A DNA stretch of 64,000 nt from Felis catus (Eukaryota), in the NCBI RefSeq assembly GCF_018350175.1, contig NC_058368.1:72914001-72978000 (forward strand), in the 5' to 3' direction. Each line of letters begins with the position of its first letter. The first letter of the stretch is position 1. The notes under the pieces were generated by a model. The model did no database searches. It was given only the letters and a program-made list of their open reading frames with translations, and was not told the DNA's origin. Positions 22,865-36,859 of this stretch are shown here, piece after piece. The position numbers were made by a program, and so were the translations under genes.

Positions 22865-24659
22865 GAGAGAAGTAACTGTTGACGAATGTTTGTATATAGT
22901 TGGTGCAAGAGGAAAGGAACACTGATGTCTTACGAAGTAGCTAGTATTTAGACTTACTTTAAAGATGAGGTGTGATTTCAGAAGTAGAGAAAAGGATGGC
23001 ATTCCAGGAGACTAAAACTACATGAGTAAAGGCGTATACACAGCAAAAATTACAGAACATACTTAGGAAACAGTCTTCTGATTTGACTGTGTGGTTGGCA
23101 TGCTGGGGCAAAGAGAGAATTTTTGCCTTCCTTACCACCATAGAGTTATGGTGTGTACTAAACAAAAAGATATCTCATTTGGGAATTCAGTATATATAAA
23201 ATATTCCCAATGACTTTAACAGATTAAGTGAATATATTTTTATAGCATTTCTTTGGGACATTTATAAGTTATTTAGACTAAATAATGATAAAAAGTTGAA
23301 TTACATTAATAGTAATGCATTATTCAAAATGAATTCATTAAATATGAATTACAGTTTATGTGATGATCTCTGAAAATGATCAAAATGGTTTTTGTGCTCT
23401 AAATTGATTTTCTTTTTAATTTTACCTATCGCATCAATTTGGGGGAAAGCCAATATGCTTTTCCCTATTTTCTTTTCATACCCTAAACTTTGTGTTACGC
23501 ATGTAATTTCCTTCTTTATGAACCACCCAAATGTTCCTACTTTCATACAACAGGAGATGTGGTTTGTCTACTATTCAGTTGTCATCTGTTTGCTTCTGAG
23601 TAGTTTGCCCCAGAAAACTGTGTCTCACACATATTTGTATTCCTAACACTGTATCTGGAAGACACAGAACTTTGTAGTAGTAGATCCTGGCCAAAAGAGC
23701 AAAGGATTAGAAATATTTGCCGGATAGGAAATATTTGCTAAGAGAATTGGGTTCAAAAAGCCAAATCTGGGATCAGATTGGCTGAACCATGCTAAGACAC
23801 CGTATCAGCTCAGCACATACATGTCTATTCTGTTCTCTCGTCCACCATGTTTAAGTTTCTCAGAGCAGAAACTGCATCGTATGCCGCTTCACATCCTCAA
23901 ATCTTGGCACAGTGCTTTGGGCAGAGTTAAGTGGGAAATATATATTTTACTTGTGGTGAATATTAACAATAATAATAGCAATTATTGAATACTTAACTAT
24001 ACACCAAGACTGTATAATAGAGAATGGATTTCATAGGCTCAACAAAAAAACAATTAAAACAAAACCAAACAAACAGAAAAAGACCCAAATCTCCAGAAGT
24101 TTATCGTCAGTCAGTTGGGAACATAAAAGTAACCATAAATTAAATTGAAACCAGTATGAAGAAATATATCAACAGGCTCAAAATGCTTTGGACTTCATGT
24201 TTTGAGAAGAAAGAATGAGCGATCAGAGTGAGATGAATTTAGTCAGCACAGATATCTGTGGAAAAAGCAAAAAGGGTGAGCAACATGGATTGGGGAGAAA
24301 TTAAATGAAAGCATCCTTAGTAAAAAGGGGAGGGTGGATTCCATTGAACCCCCATATCAAGAAGGAATGGTCAACCACTAATTGCATCAGTCAGTGTGTC
24401 CTTACCAAAACCTTACCTCTGCATAAACCAAAATGTGTGAAATCACAGTGTATTATGCATTTTATCATCTACTTCATCTCCCAGGTCTACAGAGCCCTGC
24501 CTTACCCCAAACAATGGCTTGGACCATTTCCCTTGGAATCGTCACCTCAGCCCCCAGGCAACACCTCATGGTTCCAAGCGCCTAAATTTGATACCAGGAA
24601 TGTTCAACCCAGCTTTGCAATAGAATCCTTGGGGAGCTTTTAAACATACTGATACTAAG

Positions 24660-25150
24660 GGTAGAAATCTACTTCGCAGATATAGTTCTAAAAGCAATGT
24701 GAAGAACAGTATACGTCATTTTTTGTAAAAATGGAGAATTTTGACTTTAAGTCATTAGAGGTATTATACATCTTCAAGATATAAATTGTAATAAATGACA
24801 ATAACCCAAACTGGTAACTAATCACAAGAGAAAATAATTATTTCAAGTGACTTTTTAACACAGAAGTCTGAACATATATTCAAGACAAAACAAAACCTAG
24901 TGTGAAATTTTAACGTTTTTATTGTTAGTAGTAACACTGAAATTGCAATTTTGAAATTACAGTATTTATACTTAATATAAAGAATATATATATTTATATA
25001 TGGAATAATTATGTAAGTATCTTGTTATTAGGAACCAAGATTATAAATATTAAAAAGAGAGAAAGTTAAGAAAAAAACTTGTAGTATTAAAGTATCAACT
25101 TTTTATTTAAAAATAAAGTTTTCTAACCTGACAACTAAATGGGCCTAGAT
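24660..25150 (+). mobile_element. Old L1 (L1MC-like) 3' UTR fragment
   Basis: tgttattaggaaccaagatt...aagttaagaaaaaaacttgtagtattaaa resembles the L1MC3/L1MC4 3' UTR. Confidence 0.5.
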
Positions 25151-26762
25151 GATTAGGATTTAAACATGTCCGTATCATGAGTAGTTTTACGGGGAGGAGA
25201 TCTAGCAGAGGAATTCAGGAGCTGGAATTCAGGGGAACGGAGAGAAAAAGTGGATATACTTAGTCCAATAACAGTGCTTTCACCAGAAGAAAAAATAATT
25301 TTGGAAGTAGCACAGATGCATGGTGTGTGTTTCCAGATAATCTTCTGCCTCAACCACATCCCACAAAGGGTTCGTCCAGAACCCTGGTGAAATGAGGCTT
25401 CTCAAATAATTGGTTAATAGCTCAAAACCCATAAAAGATTGGACAGTGCAACATGGTGTTGCCTTATGGCTTATGTACCACAGAGAAGTGATCTTTAAAT
25501 TATGGGATGTGTACCCCGGGGCATACACAAACACTTCTTAAGTTACTCTGGGCATGGATGGTGTAAGGAAATCAGATTCTGAATCCTTAGCCGCCACAGG
25601 AACGCTTTTCTAAAATTCTCTGCCTGAGACAGCACCTGCCTTGGAGGTCTCACACTATTCTTCAACTGCTTGCCCACTGCCCCCTCCCACGAATGGGCTT
25701 CCCCCACTGCACAGAGGAGAAGCACATCTTTCCCTGACCAGGAGCCTTCTGTGGCACATCACCAGAGGTAAAACTCTGGTCAAGGTGCAATTCAACATAG
25801 CGGTGTTCTCCGAGTTTCTTTCACCATTTCCACACCCTCCATCCTAGGAAAATCCGCATACCTAAAACTTTCAGGTTTTCTATTTAGTAATTACCAATTT
25901 TTTTAATTAAAAAAAAAGACTCAATTTTGAGTCATTATTTATTATTAATAATTGTAATGGGAACTCAGTACAGATGGTTTAATCTGTGGAACCTTATTTC
26001 CCAATAAAATGTTTAAATTCAGTTGTCATTCGTAATCATATTTTGTTGCTCAGAACTGTATGCTATAGGCTGTTAAGTATTTGGGTGGGAATGTTTGCTT
26101 ACATTAATCTATACACCCTTGTATTTTACTCTGAAAATATTCTTAATTAAGTGTATAAATTGTGCATACCCAAATACTCCTCAGAATTTGTTAGATTCAG
26201 AAATGCCTTTGATTTGACAGTGGGAATGTAATGGGACCACTTTTGCTTTATAAAGCATATTGAGAACATAGCTAATGGAGTGTCAGTATCATTGAGGTCC
26301 TAATCAAAGGTCTGTCTTGTCTGGCTTAAAGGCAACTAAATATCAAATTGGAGACATCTAACGTAAGCAAAACTAACCTGGGCGGGGGGGGGAGGCAAAG
26401 AAAATTGTTCTCTGCCAAGGGAACCTTATTTTGGTATTTAAGAGTTATGTTTCAATTGGGAGAAGTGAAATGTAAATTGACCAGGACAGAATGAGAAGTC
26501 ACTAATGACTGAAATATTGTTCGTAGTCACAACAAATCCACAGGCTGTATTAGAGTCACGAGTTTTGTTCTGCTGGGCTGTTTTTTTGCATTTAAAAACA
26601 ACAGATTAAAAAGCAACTTATTTTATTCACAAGCTTACCAGAGCAAAATGTCATCCAACACGGTGAGGATGTCTAAATATTCTGGAATTTTTTTAGTTTT
26701 CCAGTATTCTATCAGCCTGCTATTTCTATATCAGCTCACACTGACATGTGTAGTAGGATTTC

Positions 26763-26988
26763 TTTTTTTTTTATGTTTGTTTATTTATTTTTGAGGGAGA
26801 GAGAGAGAGAGAGTGAGAGAGCACAAATAGGGGAGGGACAGAGAGAGAGGGAGACAGAGAATCCCAAGCAGGTTCTGGGCTGTCAGCGCAGAGCCTGATG
26901 TGGGATTCGAACTCACAAAGGGTGAGATTATGACCTGAGCCAAAATCAAGAGTCAGATGCTTAACTGACTGAGCCAGCCACGTGACCC
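26763..26988 (-). mobile_element. CAN-SINE
   Basis: Reverse-complement SINE. TSD taggattt. Confidence 0.93.
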
Positions 26989-27567
26989 TAGGATTTCTGA
27001 TCTTTGCTGGCATCGCTCTTATTATCCTTTACGCCTCTTCCACCTTTCCTCCCCTCACCACTCGGACCTTCAGACTCTCAACAGGCACCTTTACCTTCTA
27101 CCTCATGACTTCCTGACATTAAGCCCCCAGAATTCATTTGTCCACATCTACCACTTCCTCATCTACAGATACAATGATAGCACGAGCCCCTCACTATAAA
27201 CGGTGATTCTTTTCCTAGGTTTCCTGGGAAAACCCCTTTTAACGTCTTAAGAGACCACCCCTCCAAGGTTTGCAGTCTTTACCTTAGTGTGAAATCCAGT
27301 GGATATTTTTCAGTCTGTATGAACCCTGATTATTTGGTAGCATCTCATACTGCTAAAAATCAAAATGCAACTTCTTATAAGCATTCTGATCATTATGGAA
27401 AGGTTTAGTTATTTCCCCTAGATTGTATCTATTCTGGCAGGAAAGTGAACAATTTGGTTTTTGAAAGATTATTGAAAATAATTTTGCAATAAATATTTTC
27501 AACAAAATAATAATAATAATAATAATAATAATGACAAATATTAAGGACTTAAATGTCCCAAGGCACA

Positions 27568-27764
27568 TTTTTTAAAAATATTTATGTATTTATTTGGAGA
27601 GAAAGAGAGAGTAGGGGAGGGGCAGGGAGAGAGAGAATCCCAAGCAGGCTCCATGTTGTCGGCACAGAACCTGATGCCGGGCTTGATCTCACGATGGTGA
27701 GATTATGACCTGAGCGGAAATCAAGAGTCAGACACTTAACCAATTGAGCCACCCAGGTGCTCCT
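27568..27764 (-). mobile_element. CAN-SINE inserted into a MIR (MIR ~27540-27945)
   Basis: Reverse-complement SINE flanked by caaggc(a/c). MIR core resumes at ctccatttcacaggagctaaagag...ttgctcaaggcc. Confidence 0.9.
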
Positions 27765-28074
27765 CAAGGCCTATTTTAAATGCTTCATATTTAATCATGC
27801 ATTTGATCCCAAAATAACTCTATGAGATAGGTCCTCATATTTTCTCCATTTCACAGGAGCTAAAGAGAAATCTTAATTAAATTGCTCAAGGCCATAGAAG
27901 TGGCATGTATACGAACTCAAACTGCCTGACTCCAGAACCTGCTCTCCCACTCACCAAATGATGTTGTAACCAATAAAATTCCCTTGACCAGATGCCTCAT
28001 GCCCAAGAAAGCACATTAATTGGGATTTGGTTATAAGGTATAGCATCTAAAAAACTGACATAAAGATGATGATG

Positions 28075-28248
28075 AAGAGAAAGGAGGAGGAGGAGGAGAG
28101 GAGGAAAAAGAGAGGAGGAAGGAAGGAAGGAAGGAAGGAAGGAAGGAAGGAAGGGAGGGAGGGAGGGAGGGAGGGAGGGAGGGAGGAAGGAAGGAAGGAA
28201 GGAAGGAAGGAAGGAAGGAAGGAAGGAAGGAAGGAAGGAAGGAAGGAG
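28075..28248. repeat. Polypurine tract (GGA)n/(GGAA)n/(GGGA)n/(GGAA)n
   Basis: Directly visible. Confidence 0.95.
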
Positions 28249-30850
28249 GCTTGGTAACAATGAGCTAATAAAGAAGCACCTCCATGTCAGGTAGCTTCCA
28301 GTAAGTAGAGCAAAACCAAAGCACAGAAAGAGTAAAGAATTTGTTCAAGGTCATAAAATTAAGTCTGCAACAGAGTTTTCTAGGTCATATGCAGCCGACC
28401 ATGCCTGCTACCTAGATTGAGAAGAACCAACATTTTCTTTTAAGCACGTTGCTAAGTAAAATTACAAAGATGGTAGAAGGAAAAATGAAAAGTTAATCAA
28501 TAATTTGATTAAGTTAGAAAATGAACTTTTGCTTGAGAATAAGATGCTTGAGAGAAGCATTAGGGCAATTAATTAAAATGCATATAATGTTGCTGCTATA
28601 GGAATTTAGCTCAGAGAGGAGGATTAAGTAAAAATAGATTTTTCTTCACAGACAGAACATCGAGGGGGTACACAACAAAGAAATGGTAATAATTTTTTTA
28701 AAACCAGATGATCAAAGTTTTGCTCAATTTTCCAAATTCAAACAATGGGCAGGTTTCAAAGTCCCTACGCAAGGTCCTTCCGTTTTCACATGGTCCCCAT
28801 TACTTTTCTTTCATATTACTCTACATCTTTAAAGCAGCTTTTGCTGCTGATCATGTGGCTGATGTCACCAACTGTCTTAAAGGTGAATGATCTTTGTTAA
28901 ATCTCATTCTCCTACCCCCACCCCCAACCAGATTTTAAGCTCTTTACATGCTGAGACTCGGTTTGGATTCATTTTCAAAGACCTACTGCAAGGCTCTGCA
29001 CCAAATAGGCAAGAAACAAGAAGGGCAACAGTCCTTTGTATGAATTTAATATTTTAAAGTGGAAGTGTTTGGACTTAGAAATAAGTGACCTTAGTTCATG
29101 GAAACACTGCCATGCTTCAGATCATTCATCATTTCTCTAGAATGCAAAGTACATTTTAGACACCGATAGTACCAATGAGACACAGCTTTACATAGGGATA
29201 AAGGATACTCTCCAGCCTATTCTCTAAAACCCAGGGAGTAGCAGTAGGGCAGGGATAAGAAAGAATGGTGACCAAAAAAGGATTTGAAGGTAAAAAGCAA
29301 GAATGAAAACTGTTCATGGCCAGGTAGATTCTGGGGAACAAGGTCTGTGCTATAAAAGGAGAGAAGAATAGAAAGTAGTATTAATTAACAGCGACTAAAA
29401 ATTAAAAAGCTGCCCCATTTGAAAGTATTAACTGGGTTACTAAAAGAAACCTGGAAAAATTACTGTGGGCTGTGAAGTGTGGATCTGGGACAACAGAGAG
29501 TATAGGAAAATGCAATTTATAGAGTGGAAAGTTAGATGGGATTTTTTAAAAAGAACATTCAGTTTGACCACCATGATGGAGACATTTATGCTCTCAAGAA
29601 GAGAGAAATGCTGAGGTATAGCCATGTTGGGGTTCTGTCACAGCAAAAGTAGAAGACAATGGAATATTCAGCAGTTAAATTAGGGGAGAAAGGCCCATTT
29701 TCTTTACCAACAGATTTATTTGATATTTAATGAAATTAAAGAGATTTAAAGCAAAAGGGAAATCAGGCTCCTCTTACACTTACGCATGGAATCAGATCTA
29801 GAGATACTCTGTACTGCTCATCTGCTCAAACCTCTAATATGCTGGGCAGATTTTGCTTCTTCTCACCCAAGAGCAGGAGGGCTGGTACCTTCCTTACTTA
29901 TACTAATCTGATGTTTCCAGTATTTCCTTTTGTTTTTTCTACCACGACTAGCTTTCTCTTGAGTCTACTTCCTTTTGCTCCATTTTCTATGTTTATGTCT
30001 GTTCATCAAAAAGTCCTTTTTAAGAATGAAAAGCTTATGCTGGTAAATAATAATGTTATCTTTAGCTTCCTTTTCTCTATATTTAAAAATAATAATTCCT
30101 TTACCCTTTACACTTAGAAATAGTACTTTACTACTTTAATGTCGAGAACATGTCTCAATTTCTCCACATTGTTTCTGAAGGTCAGCAAACCATATGAAAT
30201 TCCAATAATTCAATGTAAAATGTAATAACCATATAGTTCCATAGATGTTGTTATTGTTTTTAGTTTATCTCTTTATTGGAATTATAAAACACTGCCTACT
30301 TCTTTTACTAAATAAAACCTTCAGATATTACTGTTTAATATGTAAACTTGATCAAATTTGCCCCATATTATTGCATCTCATCGATAACTTTTTTTTCCTA
30401 AGTTTGTCAAGCTAGTTCTCCAATTCACTAGTCAATTAGAATTCTTTGTTGTTGCCAAATTGGAAAGCTTTATCAACTTTTCTTATTATGTATGTGTTTA
30501 TATTATAAAACAAAACATACTCATAGATATAAAAGTATTAAAAAGTCACTTATAGTGCCTTAACCTATAGATAGCCAGTGTTGATATTCTGCTGGGCATC
30601 ACATAGAATCATAGCGTTACTTCACAAAGACTAATAAATAAAACACTTGCTGATATACGAAGACCAGTCCATGAATTAGGAAGATGTTGGTTCATGGTAA
30701 CTGTTGATGCAAGTGTATCTTGACCAGCCATTGGATACTAGCCACTCTGGCTTGGGATATCTTCCCTCAGGAAGATGGCAAGACGAGAAAGCCATTTTGC
30801 AGTTGGCTGTTTTGACCAATAAAGCAATAAACACTTGAAAAACTATTTGT

Positions 30851-31077
30851 GGGGTGCCTGGGTGGCTCAGTCGGTTAAGTGTCCGACTTCAGCGCAGGTC
30901 ATGATCTCATGGTTCATGGGTTCGAGCCCTGTGTCAGGGCCTGTGTTGACAGCTCAGAGTCTAGAGCCTGCTTTGGATTCTGTGTCTCCCTCTCTCTCTA
31001 CCCCTTTCCTGCCTGTGTGTGTCTCTCTCTCCTTCTCTCGAAAATAGGTAAACATTTAAGAAAAATTTAAAAAAAAA
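30851..31077 (+). mobile_element. CAN-SINE
   Basis: Full head and tail. TSD gaaaaactatttg. Confidence 0.95.
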
Positions 31078-31359
31078 GAAAAACTATTTGCTTGTTTGCT
31101 CTTAGTTTTTATTATAGATCGCAATGGATTGGAATTATTTCTTTTTAGAATAGATTTTGCATAATATAACATGGTATAATACACCCAAAAGTATTTCAAC
31201 AGCTATTTATTGTCTAACTTTACTTTGGGCAACTGTTGATGAGGCTATGAAATGGGTTAATATAAAAGTTTTACCTTATTATCAAGAGCTTAGAAGTTAT
31301 GAGATTTCATTACTGTTCTCAGCTCTCTGGGGAAAGCTTGTGTGGGGATTAGGCTGTTG

Positions 31360-32215
31360 GTTTCTCACCCAAACTTGCTCTTCTCCCTCAATTCCCACCT
31401 GGATTGTTAGCACCACCATTCAGATGGTGACCCAAGCCAGAGAGGTCTTGACATTTTCTTCTCCCTCATTCTGACATCTGTCTCATGCACTTGCTTCACA
31501 GCTTTAGATCATATCCACTTCTCTCTTACAATGTCTGGGCACCGTGTTTGAGTGGCAATCATCTCTCACCCAAAAGTCCTCACTGCTGCCTCTCTGTCTC
31601 ACTCTGTTCTTTCTCCAAAAGTATCCAGAAACAGATTTTATGATCTGCACCCACTCTGATCATGTCACTGTGGCTTAATGCTTGTCACTGATTCCTCATT
31701 CTTTGCTCTGTTCAAGATAAATTCCAAACTCCTTAGGAAGACACCCTGAGCCTTTTAATATATGACCTCTGTTCACCCCCCACGTTTTTCTCCTTCTACC
31801 CTCTAGCCTTGCCTGTCATGCTCCAGCCTTACTAAACAAGCTTGGGTCCTTGGAATGCAGGCTTTTGTTCATGATGTTGCCTCTGCCTTAAGCACTTCCC
31901 CTTTCTTCATGGCCCCCCTCTCTCCATGTGTGTCCTGCTTTGCTTTGCTTTGCTAATTCAGTATCAACCTCAAGCTCTGTATTTAGACATCATTCCTCTG
32001 GGAAGGCTGCTCTGATTCCCCACCACCACCACCACCACTGTAACCTGGAGACCTGTGCCCTCATAGTCCCCTGACTCTGTCCCTACTGCTATTTACCTGA
32101 CCATCTCCTCCCAGAAGGAGCTCCCTGGAAACACAGAGAGAAATGTTACCTCCCTGTGTCCTTTCACCCAGCACGATGTTGTGCTAATAGTAAGAGCTTA
32201 ATACGTATAAATAAG
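31360..32215 (+). mobile_element. LINE L2 3' fragment
   Basis: caccaccattcagatggtgacccaagccaga...tctgatcatgtcact...caagataaattccaaactcctta...cccagcacgatg...tagtaagagcttaata. Confidence 0.75.
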
Positions 32216-32803
32216 CTAATTAAAATTATTGCATTTCAATCCAATACCACTTTCATTATTAATCAGGATCACAATCCCATATCCTGATTCGTATCAACCA
32301 GCAGTCATTTCAGGGGGATGCAAAAGAGATGGGTTTTGTGGTCAAAAACACAGCTCTTCCATCACCATGCTGAGTGATTAATGGCTCATTACGCAACCTC
32401 TCCAAATTGCACTTTCTGTAAAATGGAGGAAACTAATACCTACCTCATAGGACCAGCTGGCAAATCAGACAGTGAAGTAGAGCCCCCACTTCTGGTCTGG
32501 ATTATTATTTAGACACAAACTATATTGTCCAGAGCACCCCCACCCCCACCCCTACCCCAGTCATGTGCATCCATGGGATGAAAATCTGCCATTTCTTCAG
32601 TCAAACGCTCTACCCCTGGGCTATACCCCCAAGAATCTGCTGCTTCTGAGTGTTAGATGGTTGGTGTTTATTATTCTACTTTCTATAGTTTTCTGTATAT
32701 TTGAAGTTTTCAGTAAATAAAATAAATAGGTTTTTTTTAAACCGAAAAAATGAAATGGTAACAATTCTTCCTTTCCGTTGATGAGATTGAAAATAAAACC
32801 ACC

Positions 32804-33026
32804 GGGCGCCTGGGTGGCGCAGTCGGTTAAGCGTCCGACTTCAGCCAGGTCACGATCTCGCGGTCCGTGAGTTCGAGCCCTGCGTCGGGCTCTGGGCTGA
32901 TGGCTCAGAGCCTGGAGCCTGTTTCCGATTCTGTGTCTCCCTCTCTCTCTGCCCCTCCCCCGTTCATGCTCTGTCTCTCTCTGTCCCAAAAATAAATAAA
33001 AACGTTGAAAAAAAAAAAAAGAAAAG
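32804..33026 (+). mobile_element. Young SINEC_Fc-type CAN-SINE
   Basis: Near-consensus with CpGs intact (gcgcagtcggttaagcgtccgacttcagccaggtcacgatctcgcggtccgtgag). TSD aaaaccacc. Confidence 0.97.
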
Positions 33027-33376
33027 AAAACCACCAACACTGAGCCTGTTAGGTCAAACATACAGTTGAAGTCTCTGTCCTACCATGTTAAGTGTAGTTT
33101 CTGTGCCCTTCATGCACTAATATTTTTCAGAGATTAAAATAGAATAAACAAGCAGCTGGATTAATATATTTTATATTTGTATCAATTTAAATAAAATAGG
33201 TACTGAAAGTTCTAGTACATGCTAGATAGTGGTATAGGAATAACTTGTGTTATATACCTTTATATTTCACATATTGTATATTTCATGATATATTGTCATG
33301 ATTTCATTTAAATCAAAGATAAATGTCTTAGAATATTCATATATCTTAATATCCATTTTTAATATATTATCACTCT

Positions 33377-33952
33377 TATTGTAGTAAGATACATAGGATA
33401 TAAAATTTGCCACTTAAACCATTTTTAAGTGTACAATTCAGTGGTATTAATTACATCTAAATATTATGCAATCATCACCACTATCTATTTTCAAAATGTT
33501 TTCATCATCTCAAATATAAACTCTGTACCCATTAAACTCCCAATCCCTCTCTCCTGTCTGGCCCTGGTAACTAACCTCTCATCTGCTTGAGGTCTCTATG
33601 ACTCTCCTATGCTAGTGACCTCATCTATGTAAGGAATCATAAAATATTCGCCCTTTTGTGTCTGGCTAAGGTTTATGCATGTTGTAGCCTGTGTATTTTT
33701 ACTTCATATATTTTTACTTTACCTCACTTTTTTATAACTTGGATAAAATTCCATTGTACATACGTAACACATTTTCTTTGTCCACTCATCTGCTGGTGGA
33801 CACTTGTTTCCATCTTTTGGCTGTTGTGAACAATTCTGCAGTGAACTCTGGCATACCAGTATCTGCTCAAGTCTTTGGGTATACGCCTCAGAGTGGAATT
33901 GCAGATCGTATGGTAATTCTATACTTAATTTCTTGAGGAACTGTCAAACTGT
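33377..33952 (-). mobile_element. L1 (L1MB/L1MA-like) 3' end
   Basis: aaccatttttaagtgtacaattcagtggtattaa...ttttggctgttgtgaacaa...gtggaattgcagatcgtatggtaattctat...gaggaactgtcaaactgtt. Confidence 0.85.
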
Positions 33953-34524
33953 TATCAAGCATATTCACAACCATATTCCAATTTTATGTGATAACAAATT
34001 TAATAATAGTAGTAGCAACACAAATCATGTTACTAAAAATGCCAAACTTTTATAGAGCACCTCCTCTATGCCAGCATTGCATCTAATTTTTTCAACAACT
34101 CTGTATTATAGTTATTAGGAATAACCCCATTTTACCATTGTTATTAGGATTAAGCCCATTTTACTAAACAGGGAACGGGGTTAACAAATGAAGCCGTTTG
34201 TTTACATGGTGCTGAAGATGGAATGAAATCTCCTTCTCTATGAAACCCCTAAAGAAGATCTGACCGTTGATATCATGTGGGTAGACTCAGAGCCCCAGTG
34301 ACTAGAACAACCTGCTCAAGGTCACAAGCTGAGTACTGCAGGGTCCACACTATGACTCACTGATCGATGACCTGTCCAGTGCTTTTCACTGCACCTGGCT
34401 GCCTGCCCCAAACTCCTCAAATGTGTAACATTATCATCCTTTTATATCTATAAATTTATATTCTCTTTTAAATGAAGCTCTGTGTATCTCATCAGGAGAA
34501 AATAAGGACCAAATTTAATAAAAT

Positions 34525-34790
34525 AACAAATACCTATTTATTGAGCAATGTCTTTGTACTAAGCATTAGACCAAGTTTTTCACACCTATTTTCTCATTTT
34601 AACTTCACAACAAACCTATGAGCGGTGTATCATCAATTTTTACTTTTCGGGTAACATGTAAACTAAGTTTCAGAAAAGTCAAAGAACTTTCCCAAGGTCA
34701 CACAGCTACTAAACTGTAAAGCGAGACTTTGGCTCCTGGTTTGCTTAAATTTGAAGTCCATTATGTTAACTCTTATTCTGTAATACCTCT
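34525..34790 (-). mobile_element. MIR SINE
   Basis: tatttattgagcaatgtc...cttcacaacaaacctatgag...aactttcccaaggtcacacagctact. Confidence 0.8.
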
Positions 34791-35505
34791 CCATCATAAA
34801 GAAAATCAGATCAAGCATCATGAGTATAAATCTTTACATTCAGAACAAGAAACCATGAATCAGAACCACCAATGCTTATGGCTTTATTATTAAAAATCAC
34901 TTGATTTCTTAAAGTTCTACTCTTTTTGTTACAATTGTCAAATTCGTGGAATGTTGGTTGATCCTAGATTCCTTCTGGGCAAGGCAAAATGGGAGAAATT
35001 TCCACATCACTGAGCAGTGCCAATGACTTGCATGAAGGACAGACTAAAGAAACAAACGAACGAGGTTTACAATAAGATTGTTAACAGAGCTACAGGTAAA
35101 TAGTAATAACTATTTTCCTGTCCTGTTATATTAAATGGTCTCTGTTTTCAGCTGTCATGTGTCTATCACTGTAAGTGACAGAACAAACAAGCATGGCTAA
35201 GCTGTTAGCTGTTCTAGTGCTTTATTCTTCTATCCCCCCTCTTGCAATGAACTTGCTTCCCTCACCAAGACAGAAGGACCATTTTGGGAACACTGCCCAC
35301 CTTAGCTGTCCTAGAGAGGCCATGTAGTGATCAATAGTGTGGTTGTTACTTCACACCGCCCAATATCAAATCCTGGCTCCATTGCTTACTAACAAGTGAA
35401 ACTAGACAAGTTGCTTGACTTCTCTGTGCCTTGGTTTCCTCATCTGTAAAAAGGATAATTATAGGATTGCTTAACTCATCTAGTTGTTAAGGGGGAGATC
35501 TTTGG

Positions 35506-35702
35506 GGGGATGCCTCGATGGCCCACTCTGTTTAGTGTCTGACTTCAGCTCAGGTCATGATCTCACGGTTCATGAGTTTGAGCCCAGCATTGGGCTCAGT
35601 GCTGACAACACAGAGCCAGCTTGGGATTCTCTGTCTCTGTCTCTGTCTCTGTCTCTCTGTCCCTCCCCTGCTCGTGCTCTTTCTCTCTATATGTCCCATA
35701 AA

Positions 35703-35734
<32 letters not shown>

Positions 35735-35762
35735 ACAAACAAACAAACAAACATTAAAAATA
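35506..35762 (+). mobile_element. CAN-SINE inserted in a MIR (+; ~35320-35825)
   Basis: SINE body with (TAAA)n/(CAAA)n tail. TSD aag(g/a)gggagatc(t/c)ttg. MIR core ttggtttcctcatctgtaaaa upstream. Confidence 0.9.
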
Positions 35763-35816
35763 AAGAGGGAGATCCTTGGAAGAGTAGCCTATACTAGGAG
35801 CTCAATAGTTGTAAGC

Positions 35817-35825
35817 TATTATTAC

Positions 35826-35861
<36 letters not shown>

Positions 35862-35870
35862 TACTATTAT
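35817..35870. repeat. (ATT)n microsatellite
   Basis: Directly visible. Confidence 0.9.
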
Positions 35871-36859
35871 CCCTTACTACCTTACAGAGAAAAATCAGTC
35901 TTTCCTGAACTTTGGCTTCTGTGAGAAGCTGGCCAAATATGACCATGTCTGACAAGAAGGTTGGCCAAGTAGGAGGCAGAAGGCCCCTTAGTCCCCAGAG
36001 CTTGCTGTTAACAGAAAACTAAGCAGGAATTCTATAATCCCCATTTGACTCTGAACATAAGTTCCACAGAAAGGAAGTTTGAATTAGTTCTAGTAAATCA
36101 AACTTACTAGATTTATTAACAAAGATGGGCCACATGGCTCACTGTAATGTGACTGTTGATTTGGTAAAAGCCCATTCTCACCCCCCCATAAACATTTGTT
36201 AACACCTCCATGTCACAGAGCTGAAGGCAAAAACAGAAAATTTGAATCTCATTCTCAGGATCACTGGTCAATGCGTGGGGGGTCAATGCGTGGTCAATAG
36301 ATGCTTATTTCTAAAGAGAAGTGGCTTAGGGTGGGAGATATTAATGGCATTCTCCCCGGCCATAGGCAGGCTTTTATTAATGCTGAGTTCTCTTACAATT
36401 TGAAAATTACAACTCTCCTTTAAGGAATCTGTTCAATCTGTATTGAACCAATTTCTGAATACTGAGGTTCATTAATAATGTCATTGTGATATAGTTTTGT
36501 ATCTACTTAGAAGAACTCCACAGAGTTGGGAAACTATTGACCAGGTGTAAATTCGTCTAATTTTACCAAAACATGGAGGAATCCCATCACAAGTAGAATA
36601 GATTTCTATTTGTTACCAATCAAGAATTGTATATTACATGAATATTTCCATTCCCCAATTCCTTATAATATATACATGCTAACCATTCTTTTTGGGAAGA
36701 CAACAGCACAATGAGTACAGTAACACATTACTCTTACTATGAGTTCTTACTAACAAAGGATTAAAGGACAAACTGGCAAACTGAAGTTTCCGATTTCAGA
36801 TCTATTCTATTGGGTTATAACACATGATTTCTTTGACCTCCCCAAAAGCAATAAAGTAT

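Noticed and set aside
27997..28260. PSFL/GRKE repeat ORFs, and the YIYI/CVCV ORFs elsewhere
   Set aside because: Translations of microsatellites.
32804..32885. tRNA-like sequence with A/B boxes
   Set aside because: It is the tRNA-derived head of a CAN-SINE, not a tRNA gene.
32621..33061. Repeated peptides such as GQRETEHERGRGRERGRHRIGNRLQ (also 48331-48624 and 49935-50120) and WVAQSVK...AQSLEP
   Set aside because: These are translations of CAN-SINE copies, not a gene family.
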